From: an uncultured delta proteobacterium | GTDB taxonomy: Bacteria > Desulfobacterota > Binatia > UBA9968 | Assembly: GCA_963804165.1 (NCBI GenBank) | Contig: CAWDPO010000030.1 | Span: 93,057 to 157,056, forward strand | Length of the DNA stretch: 64,000 bases | Direction of reading: 5' to 3' | Shown: piece after piece, positions 53,493-64,000 of the stretch | Layout: each line of letters begins with the position of its first letter | Numbering within the stretch: position 1 is the first letter of the stretch | Translations under genes and position numbers: made by a program | Notes under the pieces: generated by a model | The model's database searches: none | The model's input: only the letters and a program-made list of their open reading frames with translations | Told to the model about the DNA's origin: nothing

Positions 53493-53648
53493 ACTTGGCG
53501 TACTTTGCGCTCTTTGCGCGAGATAAATCTTCTCCGGAGTCGGATTCTATCGCGCCAAGCACGCTAAGCTCGCCAAGCCCCGGCACCCCCCTTTTGTCTC
53601 TTTTCATTCATGTTCTAACTTGGCGTACTTTGCGCTCTTTGCGCGAGA
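53493..53648. repeat. 31-bp perfect direct repeat with inverted related units
   Basis: ACTTGGCGTACTTTGCGCTCTTTGCGCGAGA at 53493 and 53618; inverted relatives at about 53075, 53550 and 49400. Confidence 0.85.
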
Positions 53649-53654
53649 ATATTC

Positions 53655-56600
53655 TTATTGCATTGGCAGTGTGAAGAAAAACCGGCTGCCTTTGCCGACT
53701 TCGCTTTCAAGCCAAATCCTGCCGCCGTGCATTTCGACAAACTTTTTCGCCAACGCGAGCCCCAGGCCGGTGCCTTGAGGCTTGCCGGCGTCGCTGCCCG
53801 CTTGCTGAAATTCCTGGAAAATTCTTTCTTGATCTTCCGCCGCGATCCCCGGTCCCGTGTCACCCACCTCGACTCGCACGTATCCGTCCTTGGAGCCCGT
53901 CCGCATCCAGACCTTTCCCCCTTCGGGCGTGAACTTGATCGCGTTTCCTACCAGGTTCAAAAGCACCTGCTTGACGCGCGCGCCGTCCATCGGAAAAGAA
54001 GCCAGACTCTCATCGCTGTCAACCCGCAGGTTGATCGATTTCTTCGCCGCAAGCGACCGCATGGTATTCGAAACCGCCTCGACCACGTCTTGCAACAGCG
54101 CCGGCTCGATTTGCAGCTCCATCTTTCCGGCTTCGATCTTCGCGAGGTCGAGGACTTCATTGATCAGGCCAAGTAAATGCTTCCCACTGCTCAAGACATC
54201 CGTCAAGAACTGTCTCTGTTCTTCTTCGTTAACCTTCAGCGTGGGATCGAGCAGGACCTCGGAGAAACCGATGATCGCGTTGAGCGGCGTGCGCAGCTCA
54301 TGCGACATATTGGCGAGAAACTCCGACTTGTGGCGATTGGCCGCCTCGATCTGCCGGCCCTTGTCTTCGATCTCGCTGAATAGCCGCGCATTCTCGATGG
54401 CGACTTTGGACTGGCTGGCAAGCGCGGTAAGGAAATTAACGACTCGGTCGTCAAACCGCCCCGGCGATCGCCGCAGAAGGACGATTCCACGTGTCATCCG
54501 TCGCCTGTCATGGGAACAGTGAGCAACGAGCGGAATCCTGCCTTAAGCGTAAACTCGTGGAATGGATGGTCGTGCGCAATCGCCATATCAGGGACTTGGA
54601 CCGGTTGTCCACTTTCAGCGGCTTGACCGATGGTCGTTTTGCCAAGATCGATCTTCGTCCTATGAACTGCGCCAAGAACTCGTTGCTCAGGTCGTGGCTC
54701 GCGACCATGTCGAAGGCGCGGCGACTCGGGTTGAACTCAAAGACCCCACAACCATCCGACTTGGAGAGATTCACCGCATGACCCCGCAACCGCATCCAAC
54801 ACCTGTGCAGATTCAGTGAAGAGCTGACTGCCCGGCTGACCTCGCTTAGGGCGCCCACCTCTTCCAGTGAAAGCTGTAGCTCGCGGGTGCGCTCCTGGAA
54901 TTCTTGGAGAAGGCGAACGTTCTCGATGGCGATCACCGCCTGATCGGCGAAGGTTTTGATGAGCGCCATCTGTTGATCGGCTAAAGGGACTTACTTCCGC
55001 TCCGCCAAGATCAGTGATCACTCCGATCGAGCCTCTCCTCTCGAAGCATCGGCACCGACATACGTGGCAAGTGCTCCGATTCGTACAATCTCGCGGCTTG
55101 AGAAAATAGATCGGATCGGACATCTAAATCGGCGACATGGACCGTGCGTCGCTCCAATGACAGCCGGGCGAGTGGGTGTTTCATGGCTCGAGGCTTGGTC
55201 TGATTTCTTCTAGGTGCTTGGCGAACTGATCGTAATCCCATAGGTGCAGCCCCTGAGGAAACTTCCCCTTCATATAAGAAATGCGCGGCGATATTCGCCT
55301 CGCACAAGCGTGTCGTGTTTGGAAAGAGTCGTCTGATACACCGGCTGCAATTCGACGGGCGAGCGGCAATGATGTTGAGCACCTCGCTGGTCGCGGTCTG
55401 CTGCTCGAGTGCCTCGGTGAGGTCGCGGTTGCGTGTCTGCAATTCCTTCAACAAGCGCATATTCTCGATGGCGATGACCGCTTGGTCGGCAAAGGTTGTC
55501 ACCAATTCGATCTGTTTTTCGCTAAACGGCTCGACCTCTGTCCGGGGATGATGATCACTCCGATGGCACGTCCCTTCCCGCAGCAGCGGCGTCACAAGAA
55601 ATCGGTTCGAAAACACTCCGCATGCATACTCGCTATCCGGGAACTCACTGCTTCCTAAGGTCAGGAATGTGGATCGGTCTGCGCTGGAGCAAAGCCTCAC
55701 TACCAACCGGCGCCACTCAAGCTTCGCCGCGCCCGATCCGCCGGGTAAGGAATCGTTCCGCAGTGCGACCGCCATAGTTCACCATCATCGAAGATATCCC
55801 CCTCGACCAGACGAATCGTCGCGTCATCGGGCCCGCACAACCGAGCTGCGTTCTCAAGAATAGTTTCCAGCACCGGCTGGATATCAGTCGGCGACTGGCG
55901 ATGACACCCAAGATTTCACTCGTCGCGGTCTGTTGCTCCAACGATTCGTTGAATTCTTTGAACAACCGTACGTTCTCGATAGCGATCACCGCCTGGTCGG
56001 CAAAGGTTTCAAGAAGCTTGATCTGCGCCGGGGTGAAGGGACGGACCTCGATACGCCGTGCGTTAAGTGTTCCAATAAGATCCCCTGCGACGTAGGGGAG
56101 CAGTAAGAACGTGCCAACCCCGCTGAGCGACCTAACGTAGGAAAATCCTTCTCTGCTCGCGAACGTCGCCAATGTGGAGCGTGCCATGCTCGCGCGCCCA
56201 ACGATATACTGGTGCGTCAATACTGATCTCGATACGCGCGGCATAGGTAGGGCCGAAATGAGCCCGCGCAACGATAATGTTCCCCTCCCGGAGCCGTATG
56301 TGGACATCATCATGCCACAAACCCGGGCCGCGCTCTCGACAATAGTGTCGAGCACCGGCTGGACGTCCGTCGGCGAGCGGCTGATGATGCCCAGCATTTC
56401 GCACGTTGCGGTCTGATGCTCCAGCGCCTCGCGCATTCTGCGTTGCGTCCTGAGTTCTTGAACAGCCGCACGTTCTCGATGGCAATCACTGCCTGAGCGG
56501 CAAAGGTTTCCAGAAGCTTGATCTGTTTCTCCGTGAAGGGGCGAACCTCGGTGCGGCGAATCATGATCACCCCGATAGGAACTCCTTCGTGAACCAGGGC

Positions 56601-59600
56601 GTAGCCAGTATGGTGCGCGAACCGAGCCGGTGAAGGATCCTGGCATAGGGAAATTCCGTTTCGAGCCTGAGCGACGTCAGGAACGTGAAGGGTTTTCGCA
56701 TCGACGCATCCGAGGACGGTGTGGCGTCCTCCGTTCACAGGGTTCTCCCAATGCACTTGGTATAGGCATCGAACCAAACTGAGCCGCACGCCAAATGAAT
56801 CCCTTCCCGTAGTCGATGACCGCGTCATCCACGCATAATCGGGCCGCGTTTTCGACAATAGCATCCAATACCGGCTGAATGTCCGTCGGTGAGCGGCGAT
56901 GATGCTGAGGACTCGCCCGTCGCTGTTTGATGCTCCAGGAGCGACTCCTTGAGCTCGTTGAACAGCCGCACATTCTCGATGGCGATCACGGCCTGAGAAG
57001 CAAAGGTTTCAAGCAGTTGATCTGCTTATCGGTGAAATGGACGGATTTCTGTTCGACGAATGTTGATCACGCCTATCGGTGATCCTCGCGCATCAAGGGA
57101 GCAGCAACAATGGTTCGAGTCCCGAGGCGTTTGTAAGTTACGCTTTCGGGAATCTCTTTCGCGACACCGCAGTAGATCTTAAATGTGAATGATCTCGCGG
57201 TCAAGAGCCCGGCGCCGACAAAGCCACGGGTGAGTGCGATCGTATCCCAGGTCGGGTCCGGGTTGCTTCCATAGGATGGACCATATGAGCGACCAAAAGC
57301 AGTCCGTCAGACACGACGAGCCGAACGTCAGCGTCATCGGCATCAACCTGCGCCGCACTTTCGGCTATCAGTGTCCAGCACCGGCTGGATATCCGTCGGC
57401 GAGCTGGCAATCACGCCCAGGATTTCACTCGTGGCCGTCTGCTGCTCCAAGGATTCTTTGAGTTCTTGGAACAACCGGACGTTTTCGATCGCAATCACGG
57501 CCTGGTCGGCGAAAGTTTCTAGCAGCTTGATCTGCGCCGGAGTGAAAGGGCGCACCTCGATGCGACGCGCGTTCAAAATTCCAACGAGTTCCCCCTGCTG
57601 ACGAAGGGGAGCGCCAAGTAGGTGCGCGAAGCACCGAAGGAACCCAACAATGGAAAATCGTTCTGCGCGCGGATGTCGGGAATGTGAAGAGTGCCATGCT
57701 CGCGCATCCAGCGATACTCTGGCTCTCAATACTGATCTCGACCCGGCCACCGGGTATGGGACCAAAATGGGCCCGCGGAACCATAGCGTTTCCCTCGCGG
57801 AGTCGCAGCACCAGATCATCAATCCCGCAAACCCGGGCCGCGCTCTCGACGATGGCGTCGAGCACAGGCTGCACATCGGTGGGCGAGCGGCTGATGATGC
57901 CGAGCACCTCGGATGTTGCCGTCTGATGCTCCAGGGCCTCGCGCAATTCTGCGTTGCGCTCCTGGATTTCTTTGAACAGCCGGACGTTCTCGATCGCGAT
58001 CACCGCTTGGGCGGCAAAAGTTTTGAGCAAATTTATTTGTTTCGCTGAAAAAGGACGGACCTCTTGCGCCGAATATAGATTGCGCCGATCGCGACTCCCT
58101 CTCGGAGCATCGGCGTTGCCAGGAAAGTGCGCGCGCCACTGCGCTCTTGAGCGAACTTACTGTCGGGAAAATCGTTTGCTACTTCCGCTGCTGCGAGGTC
58201 ATGTATATGAATCGTTTCCCTCCCGATAATAGCCCGGGCCACAACATCCCGGCTCACAGTAGGAGTATCCACAGGGACGGGCGGAATCTGGCCATAATGG
58301 GCGACAAGCGGCATAACGTCACCATCAACGCGACGGATAATAGCGTCGTCTGCCTCACATAGTCGTGCCGCATTTTCGGCAACTGTATTCAATACAGGTT
58401 GGATATCCGTCGGCGAGCTAGCAATCACACCCAGGATCTCACTCGTAGCTGTTTGCTGTTCCAACGATTCCTTTAACTCGTTGAACAACCGTACGTTTTC
58501 GAGTGCGATCACCGCCTGGTCGGCGAACGTTTCGAGCAGCTTGATCTGCGCCGGCGTGAAAGGGCGTACCTCGACGCGACGCGCGACCAGCGTTCCAACG
58601 ACTTCCCCCTGTTGACGAAGAGGAACGATTAAAAAAGTGCGAAAGTGGACCCGTACCGAAGTAGGAAATCTGTTCCTGGGCGCGGACGTCCGGAATGTGA
58701 AGCGTGCCTTGCTCACGCACCCATCGTGCCGCTGGCTCGTCAATGCTGATTTCGACCCGGCCATGGGTATAGGGCCAAAATGGGCCCGCGAAATCATAAC
58801 GTCTCCCTCACGAAGTCGCAGAAGCACATCATCGATCCCACAAACTTTTGCCGCGCTCTCAACAATGGCGTCGAGCACCGGCTGCACGTCGGTGGGCGAG
58901 CGGCTGATGATGCTGAGTACTTCGGACGTCGCCGTCTGATGCTCCAGGGCCTCGCGCAGCGCGGCGTTGCGCTCCTGGAGTTCCTTGAACAAGCGCACGT
59001 TTTCGATGGCGATAACGGCTTGGCTTGCGAAGGTTTTGAGGAGCACGATCTGCTTGTCAGTGAAAGGACGGACTTCGGTGCGACGAATAAAAATCACCCC
59101 GATCGCAACTTCCTTCGCGTAGTAACGGTGCCGCGAGTATCGTGTGACCACCCATCTCTCGACAGCGCTGACCGCCTCCGGAAATTCTGTTGCCAACAGC
59201 CCTCAAATCTTCAATATGGATCTGCTCCCGATCAATGGGCTCGGCACCGACAGACTCGCGCGTCAAGGGTTGTTCGAGACCGAACCTGGCTGGATCGGAG
59301 CCATAGTGCGCCGCAGGACGCAGTGTCCTCCTCGACAAGTCGAATCGGCGCGTCGTATGAATCACACACGCGCGCCGCATTCTCAGCAATGGTGTCCAGC
59401 ACCGGCTGAATATCCGTCGGCGAACTAGCGATGACACCCAGAATCTCACTCGTGGCAGTCTGCTGCTCCAACGACTCTTTCAGTTCTTGGAACAGTCGCA
59501 CGTTCTCGATGGCGATCACCGCCTGGTCGGCAAAGGTTTCAAGCAGCTTGATCTGAGCCGGAGTGAAGGGGCGCACTTCGGTGCGACGTGCGGTCATTAA

Positions 59601-60145
59601 TCCAATGAGTTCCCCTTTCTGACGAAGGGGAACGGACAAGTGCGTGCGAAATGCGCTTTCGGAACCCAACATTAGGAAATCATTCTGCGCGCTGACGTCG
59701 GGAATGTGGAGCGTGCCATGCTCGCTCACCCAACGAAAATGTGGGTCATCGATACTGATCTCGACACGGCCGATAGGTATGGGACCAAAATGAGCCCGCG
59801 AAACCATATGTTCCCCTCGCGGAGTCGCAGAAGTACGTCATCGATCCCACAAACCCGGGCGGCGCTTTCGACGATCGCATCGAGCACCGGCTGCACGTCG
59901 GTCGGCGAGCGGCTGATGATGCCGAGCACCTCGGAGGTTGCGGTCTGATGCTCCAGCGCCTCGCGTAACTCCTTGGCAGTCGCGGCCCGATGCTCCAGTG
60001 CCTCGGTCAGCTGACTGTCGCGTGCTTCGAGTTCCTGGCGTAGCTCGGCAATCGTCTGCGCTCGTTTAGGTGGCGAAGATTTCACCACGGCACGGCGCGG
60101 TTTTGCCTTGGTATTCTTAGAGCCTTTTTTGGTCGTGGTTGCCAT
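53655..60145 (-). CDS. Giant multi-GAF (11) sensor histidine kinase, heavily frameshifted
   Basis: Eleven QAVIAIEN-type repeats; HisKA and HATPase in 53655-54497. Confidence 0.85.
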
Positions 60146-60278
60146 AAAAACAAAAAGACCGAAACGGAGATGTTGGTCGCGGGAGAAACTATAATTATGA
60201 GAGGATCGGGTTATGCCGTCGCAACAGGTTCCCCCGGCGGCTGAGCTGATTTTTACTTCAGATGGTTGGTGGCGTCAA
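60146..60278 (-). promoter_or_regulatory. sigma70 promoter and structured leader of kinase 2
   Basis: TTGACG-N17-TAAAAA; same stem and terminator as 30148-30269. Confidence 0.6.
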
Positions 60279-60593
60279 CGATACAATTAACTTTGCTGAC
60301 TTTGTGTCTGGGCCGATAACAATTCAAATCCGAATTGCATCTTTGACGTAATGCCACAAAGATCACCAGCGTTGGGTGAAACAGTAACATTTGCTTGACC
60401 GGCGAATCTCACAGGATTTGTGCCATGGAGAAAACGCAGATTGCCGATCTAAAAAAATCTCTATTTACGACGACCAAAACACCCTCGCCTAGCTCTGAAA
60501 ATCGAGAAAATTTGGCGTAGGATTGAATTGAACGACGCTTCAATCTAATTCCCACGGGATTGCGTCGATAGGAGAAATCAATTCAATTACAGG

Positions 60594-60657
60594 AGATAAC
60601 GCTCCCGGCTCAGCCTCAGGGGCTTATGCTGGTCGGTCTGAAGCCAGATAGTTAGGC
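60594..60657 (-). other. Integron attC site
   Basis: GCCTAAC...GGCTTCAG...CTGAGCC...GTTATCT, with the extra base in L''. Confidence 0.65.
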
Positions 60658-60713
60658 CAAACAATTACAAGCTCGATATTCTTACTTCGATTTCTTGCTC
60701 TTAAATCGGCAAA

Positions 60714-61728
60714 TTAAACGGGCGCACCCTCAATTAGGCTTATCCGTGATCGCGTCGGAATAACGTGTGTCAACGTGAAGCCCGCTGCGGCATAGAGTGC
60801 ACGGTATTCGGCCTCAGTGCGCTCCTGCCCACCAGGGGAGACCAGCATGTTGAGATCGCTGAGCTTTCCATAGGAAGGCTACGTCTCCAGGGCGGAAGGA
60901 CTTCTTCGGCAAGGAGTGCATCACCCGCCGGCAGTTTGCAAGGACGGTTACGGAATAATCGTCCCAATCGTGGATGACTCGCGAGAGCACGTAGGCGTCA
61001 CCACCAGCAGGTACCTCCTCGAACATGTTTCCACCTACAATGTCGCAACGCTCCAGCAGGCCAGCCGCGTACAGTGACTCCCGCGCGCCCTCGGTCACCG
61101 GGGTAGATCGAACAGCACGGCGTGTAGCTTTGGGTTGGCGCGCAGGACGACGACTAGCAGCGAGCCGTGACCACCGCCCACGTCGACTAAGATGCCTAAC
61201 CCGGAGAAGTCGTATGCTGAGGCAATTGCGTTAGCCACCTGAGTGGCGAGGCTAGTCATGCCTGCATTGAATCTCGCGGCGACCTCGGGGTTGCGCGCGC
61301 GGTACTCCCAGGCGTCCATGCCATGGACCTGCTTGAAGGCCGGCTGCCCTGTCCGGACGCTGTAACCGAGCTGGCCCCAAGTACGCCACTGCACATCGCT
61401 ACACACCTGGAGTGCCTGTCACGCAGGGACAGCGGGGCGTCGGTTCGGAGCGCCTCCGCCATCGGCGTCAACGCGAATCGCTCAGGATCCACTCGTAGCA
61501 AAATGCCGACGCTTGCCAGGGCTCGCATAAGGCGTAAAGCGCTCGGGGCGAGACCCAGTCGCCTGGGCGAGTTCGTCACTCGACTTCGGCCCTTACTTAG
61601 GAGGTCCGCGATACCGAGGTCGGCGACCACACCTATCGCCTGTGTGATCCAGTGGCCGGACATCTAGCTAATTGTAGTTGAACCTCAGGGGATGCTGGCT
61701 CAAGCCATTCGAAATATCTTTGAGTCAT
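60714..61728 (-). CDS. SAM-dependent O-methyltransferase (Methyltransf_2), frameshifted
   Basis: 'DVGGGHG', 'GNMFEEVP', 'LSRVIHDW', 'GQERTEAEY'. Confidence 0.85.
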
Positions 61729-61926
61729 TGCATTTTTCCGCTCGCCTGCTTCGGTCGGTTATCCGGGAACCCGAAATCTGAGAAGAGCAAAATGAGCTGC
61801 AATATCCGTCAACAAGCCGTGCTTTGTCAATCGTTTCACCCGACAAACACTGCCCGCGGAGCGGTCGATCCAGATATCAGTCCGCGGTGTACTCTGGCGG
61901 ATCAACCGAAATCGCCGCAGGATTGA

Positions 61927-62019
61927 ACTGAACGGATAGGTTTTAACCTGAATGCGAGGGCAGAGCGATTGGATGGGAGCCGTTGGACGTGGACGCATTC
62001 AGGATAAAACCCGTTGGAC
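61927..62019 (-). other. attC-like hairpin at the end of the IS91-type unit
   Basis: GTCCAAC-GGGTTTTATCCTGAATGCG...CGCATTCAGGTTAAAACC-TATCC-GTTCAGT. Confidence 0.5.
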
Positions 62020-62268
62020 TAAAGCGTTGGGTGAAGCAGTGACGGTCGCCTATGGAGATTGGAACGGAGGCAGCGCGCCGACCGAACATTGCTGTGGTTG
62101 TGATCGTGTCACAAGCAGGCCTCATTCAAGTTGACTTGTGAGCTCAACTGGCGATCCCCCCCAGTAAGACCAGCTGAGAAGAGAGAAACGATGAAACCAG
62201 GCGCACCGATGCGTTGGCTCTAGAAGAGAACCGGGCACGCACTCGGGTGTTGGTTCGTTGAGCGATCA

Positions 62269-63465
62269 TCACGAAGAATCCCAATGCTGCGAGGACGGGC
62301 GGCGCGACAAACAAGACCAGCGTTCCGTTTTGGCACAGAGGACATCGAGTAATATCGATGCCGGTGAGTTCAAGCATCAGCTCGTGAACTGATTTTTTGC
62401 GCGAGCTTGGGCACAGCGGGATTGAGGTCTAGGAGTTGACGGCACTTGGACAGCAGGCCTTTGGATCGGTTGGCCAAAACGCCCGCGTGACGAACCCGCA
62501 CAAAGCCCTTGGGGATCACGTGGAGCAAGAAGCGCCGGATGAATTCGTGGGCATCGAGGGTCATGGTCTTTTTTCGGTCGTGATTTTTTCGGTCCCGATA
62601 ACTAAAGGTGACGGCTCCGTTGTAGGCTGAAACAATCCGATCATTGGACAGCGCCACGCGGTGGATGTAACGGCCGAGGTAGTCCAGCACATGGACGGGA
62701 GAACCGAAAGGTTTTTTGGCATAGACGATCCAGGTTTTTTTTCGTAACGCGTTGATCAGAAGGTTGAACGCTACAGAATCAGCCAGGGAAGCGGTTTGAC
62801 CGACAAAGAGGAGCTTGTTTCGAGCGAAAGCTTTTTTGAATAAAGTCGAGAAACTTACCCCGGAAAACGAGGCTCAGGGCTTTAACTGGGAACAGAAAGT
62901 TTTGACGGGCAGGACGCCAGTGCTTTTGATCGAACGAGAGAGTTCCAGCAGGGACCAGACAGTGGAGATGAAAATGATCTAACAGGGTTTGCTCCCAGGT
63001 GTGCAGCACCGTGATCAAACCGATTTGTCCGCCCAGACGAGTTCGGCCAAAATCAACGAGCGTTTCACCCGCGGTTTTAAAGAGATGACTTAGCAGAATC
63101 TTTTTGTTGGTCAGTATCAGAGCGTTGAGTTCGTGCGGCAAAGTGAATACCAGATGGAAGTATCCCACCGGCAACAGTTCGGACTTTTGTTTATCGAGCC
63201 ACTTTACCTTGGCCAGTGATTGGCATTTGGGGCAGTGGCGATTGCGGCAGGAGTTATAGGCGGGGCGCTCATAGCCGCAGGAGTCACACTGCTCGAGGTG
63301 GCCTCCCAGGGCCGCTGTGCGGCAGCGTTCTACGGCCTGCATGATCTTGAGATGCGAAACCGGCAACGGATGAGCGCGGCGAAAGGACTCGCCATGGGCA
63401 CGAAAGATATCGGCCAGTTCAACGCCGCGTCTTGCCGCTGCCAGCCGCGGACTGGCCGGCAGCAT
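62269..63465 (-). CDS. IS91-family (Y2) transposase, frameshifted
   Basis: 'YNSCRNRHCPKC', 'HFHLHC', 'YLGRY', 'EFIRRFLLH'. Confidence 0.93.
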
Positions 63466-63478
63466 GGCTTTAGGCCAT

Positions 63479-64000
63479 CTATAACTGGAGACGGTCGAGC
63501 GGACTCAGCACGGCAAAGTCCACGTTCTGTGGCCGTAGCCTAAGATAACGCTGGGTGGAAAGAAGAGAGGTGTGCCCCATCAAAAACTGGATCGAGCGCA
63601 AGTCCACACCGGCCTCCAGAAGATGGGTGGCGAAGCAGGCACGAAGGCTGTGAATGCCACGGCCCTTTTTAAGCCCTGCTCTTTTCTTCGCCGAGCGAAA
63701 AGTGTGCCAGGCCTCCCCTCGGCTTAATGGACCGTTCTTGGCCCGGTTCGGAAAAGCCAGAGAGAAGGCCTGTAGCGTTTCCAGTACTGACGCAGTTCCA
63801 CAAGCAGGTTCTGAGACAGGATCGCATAGCGGTCCTTCCCGCCCTTGCCTTGCTTCACCCGCAGCGTCATGCGCTGCGCATCGATGTCTGTGATCTTGAG
63901 GTTTACCAACTCACTGACTCGGAGTCCTGCCGAATAGGCGGTCATCAGTAACACACGTTGCTGGAGTCCGCGGGTGGCACCAATCAATCGCACGACTTCG
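63479..64000 (-). CDS. Tyrosine recombinase associated with the IS91-type transposase (5' truncated, frameshifted)
   Basis: 'YSAGLRVSE', 'GKGGKDR', '[15 protein letters not shown]'. Confidence 0.9.

Noticed and set aside
54500-63700. Dense frameshifts read as pseudogenisation or programmed frameshifting
   Set aside because: Indels affect unrelated genes (also 0.8-3.7 kb, 52 kb) with few in-frame stops and no consistent slippery motif. Sequencing error is more parsimonious; read polishing is needed to decide.
63479-64000. This recombinase as the enzyme for the tRNA-Phe site array
   Set aside because: It is the type routinely paired with IS91-like transposases, is truncated by the window edge and lies 24 kb away; no evidence links it to the array.

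Overview
Bacterial chromosomal window (GC roughly 55-60%). The gene content and repeat families tentatively suggest a Deltaproteobacteria-like/Binatia-type MAG. Many apparent frameshifts are probably long-read indels. Core-like segments: 1-11.5 kb (DUF1329/YCF48/MMPL cluster, Nudix, nth, LVIVD protein, SDR, LigAB-like dioxygenase, IS1182 nested in a MITE) and 39.1-53 kb (gshB, rsmE, prmA, FAH, DUF1015, amidohydrolase, ABC transporter, response regulators). About 11.8-39 kb is an accessory hotspot ending at tRNA-Phe(GAA), with no integrase gene inside. Most unusual signal: an array of seven related sites derived from the tRNA-Phe anticodon arm (GAGGA-N7-TYCTB). Only the first 2 bp (TT) of the 7-bp spacer are conserved, and several sites carry fixed-distance 11-bp-periodic TTTGCCA arm-like repeats. 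One such end module leads into integron-type attC sites and recurs at about 60.3-60.66 kb. Also present: a c-di-GMP-II-like riboswitch plus sigma54 promoter upstream of a Flp pilin, two giant multi-GAF histidine kinases sharing a structured leader, a duplicated structured ncRNA candidate, and a repeat-embedded GxxExxY gene.
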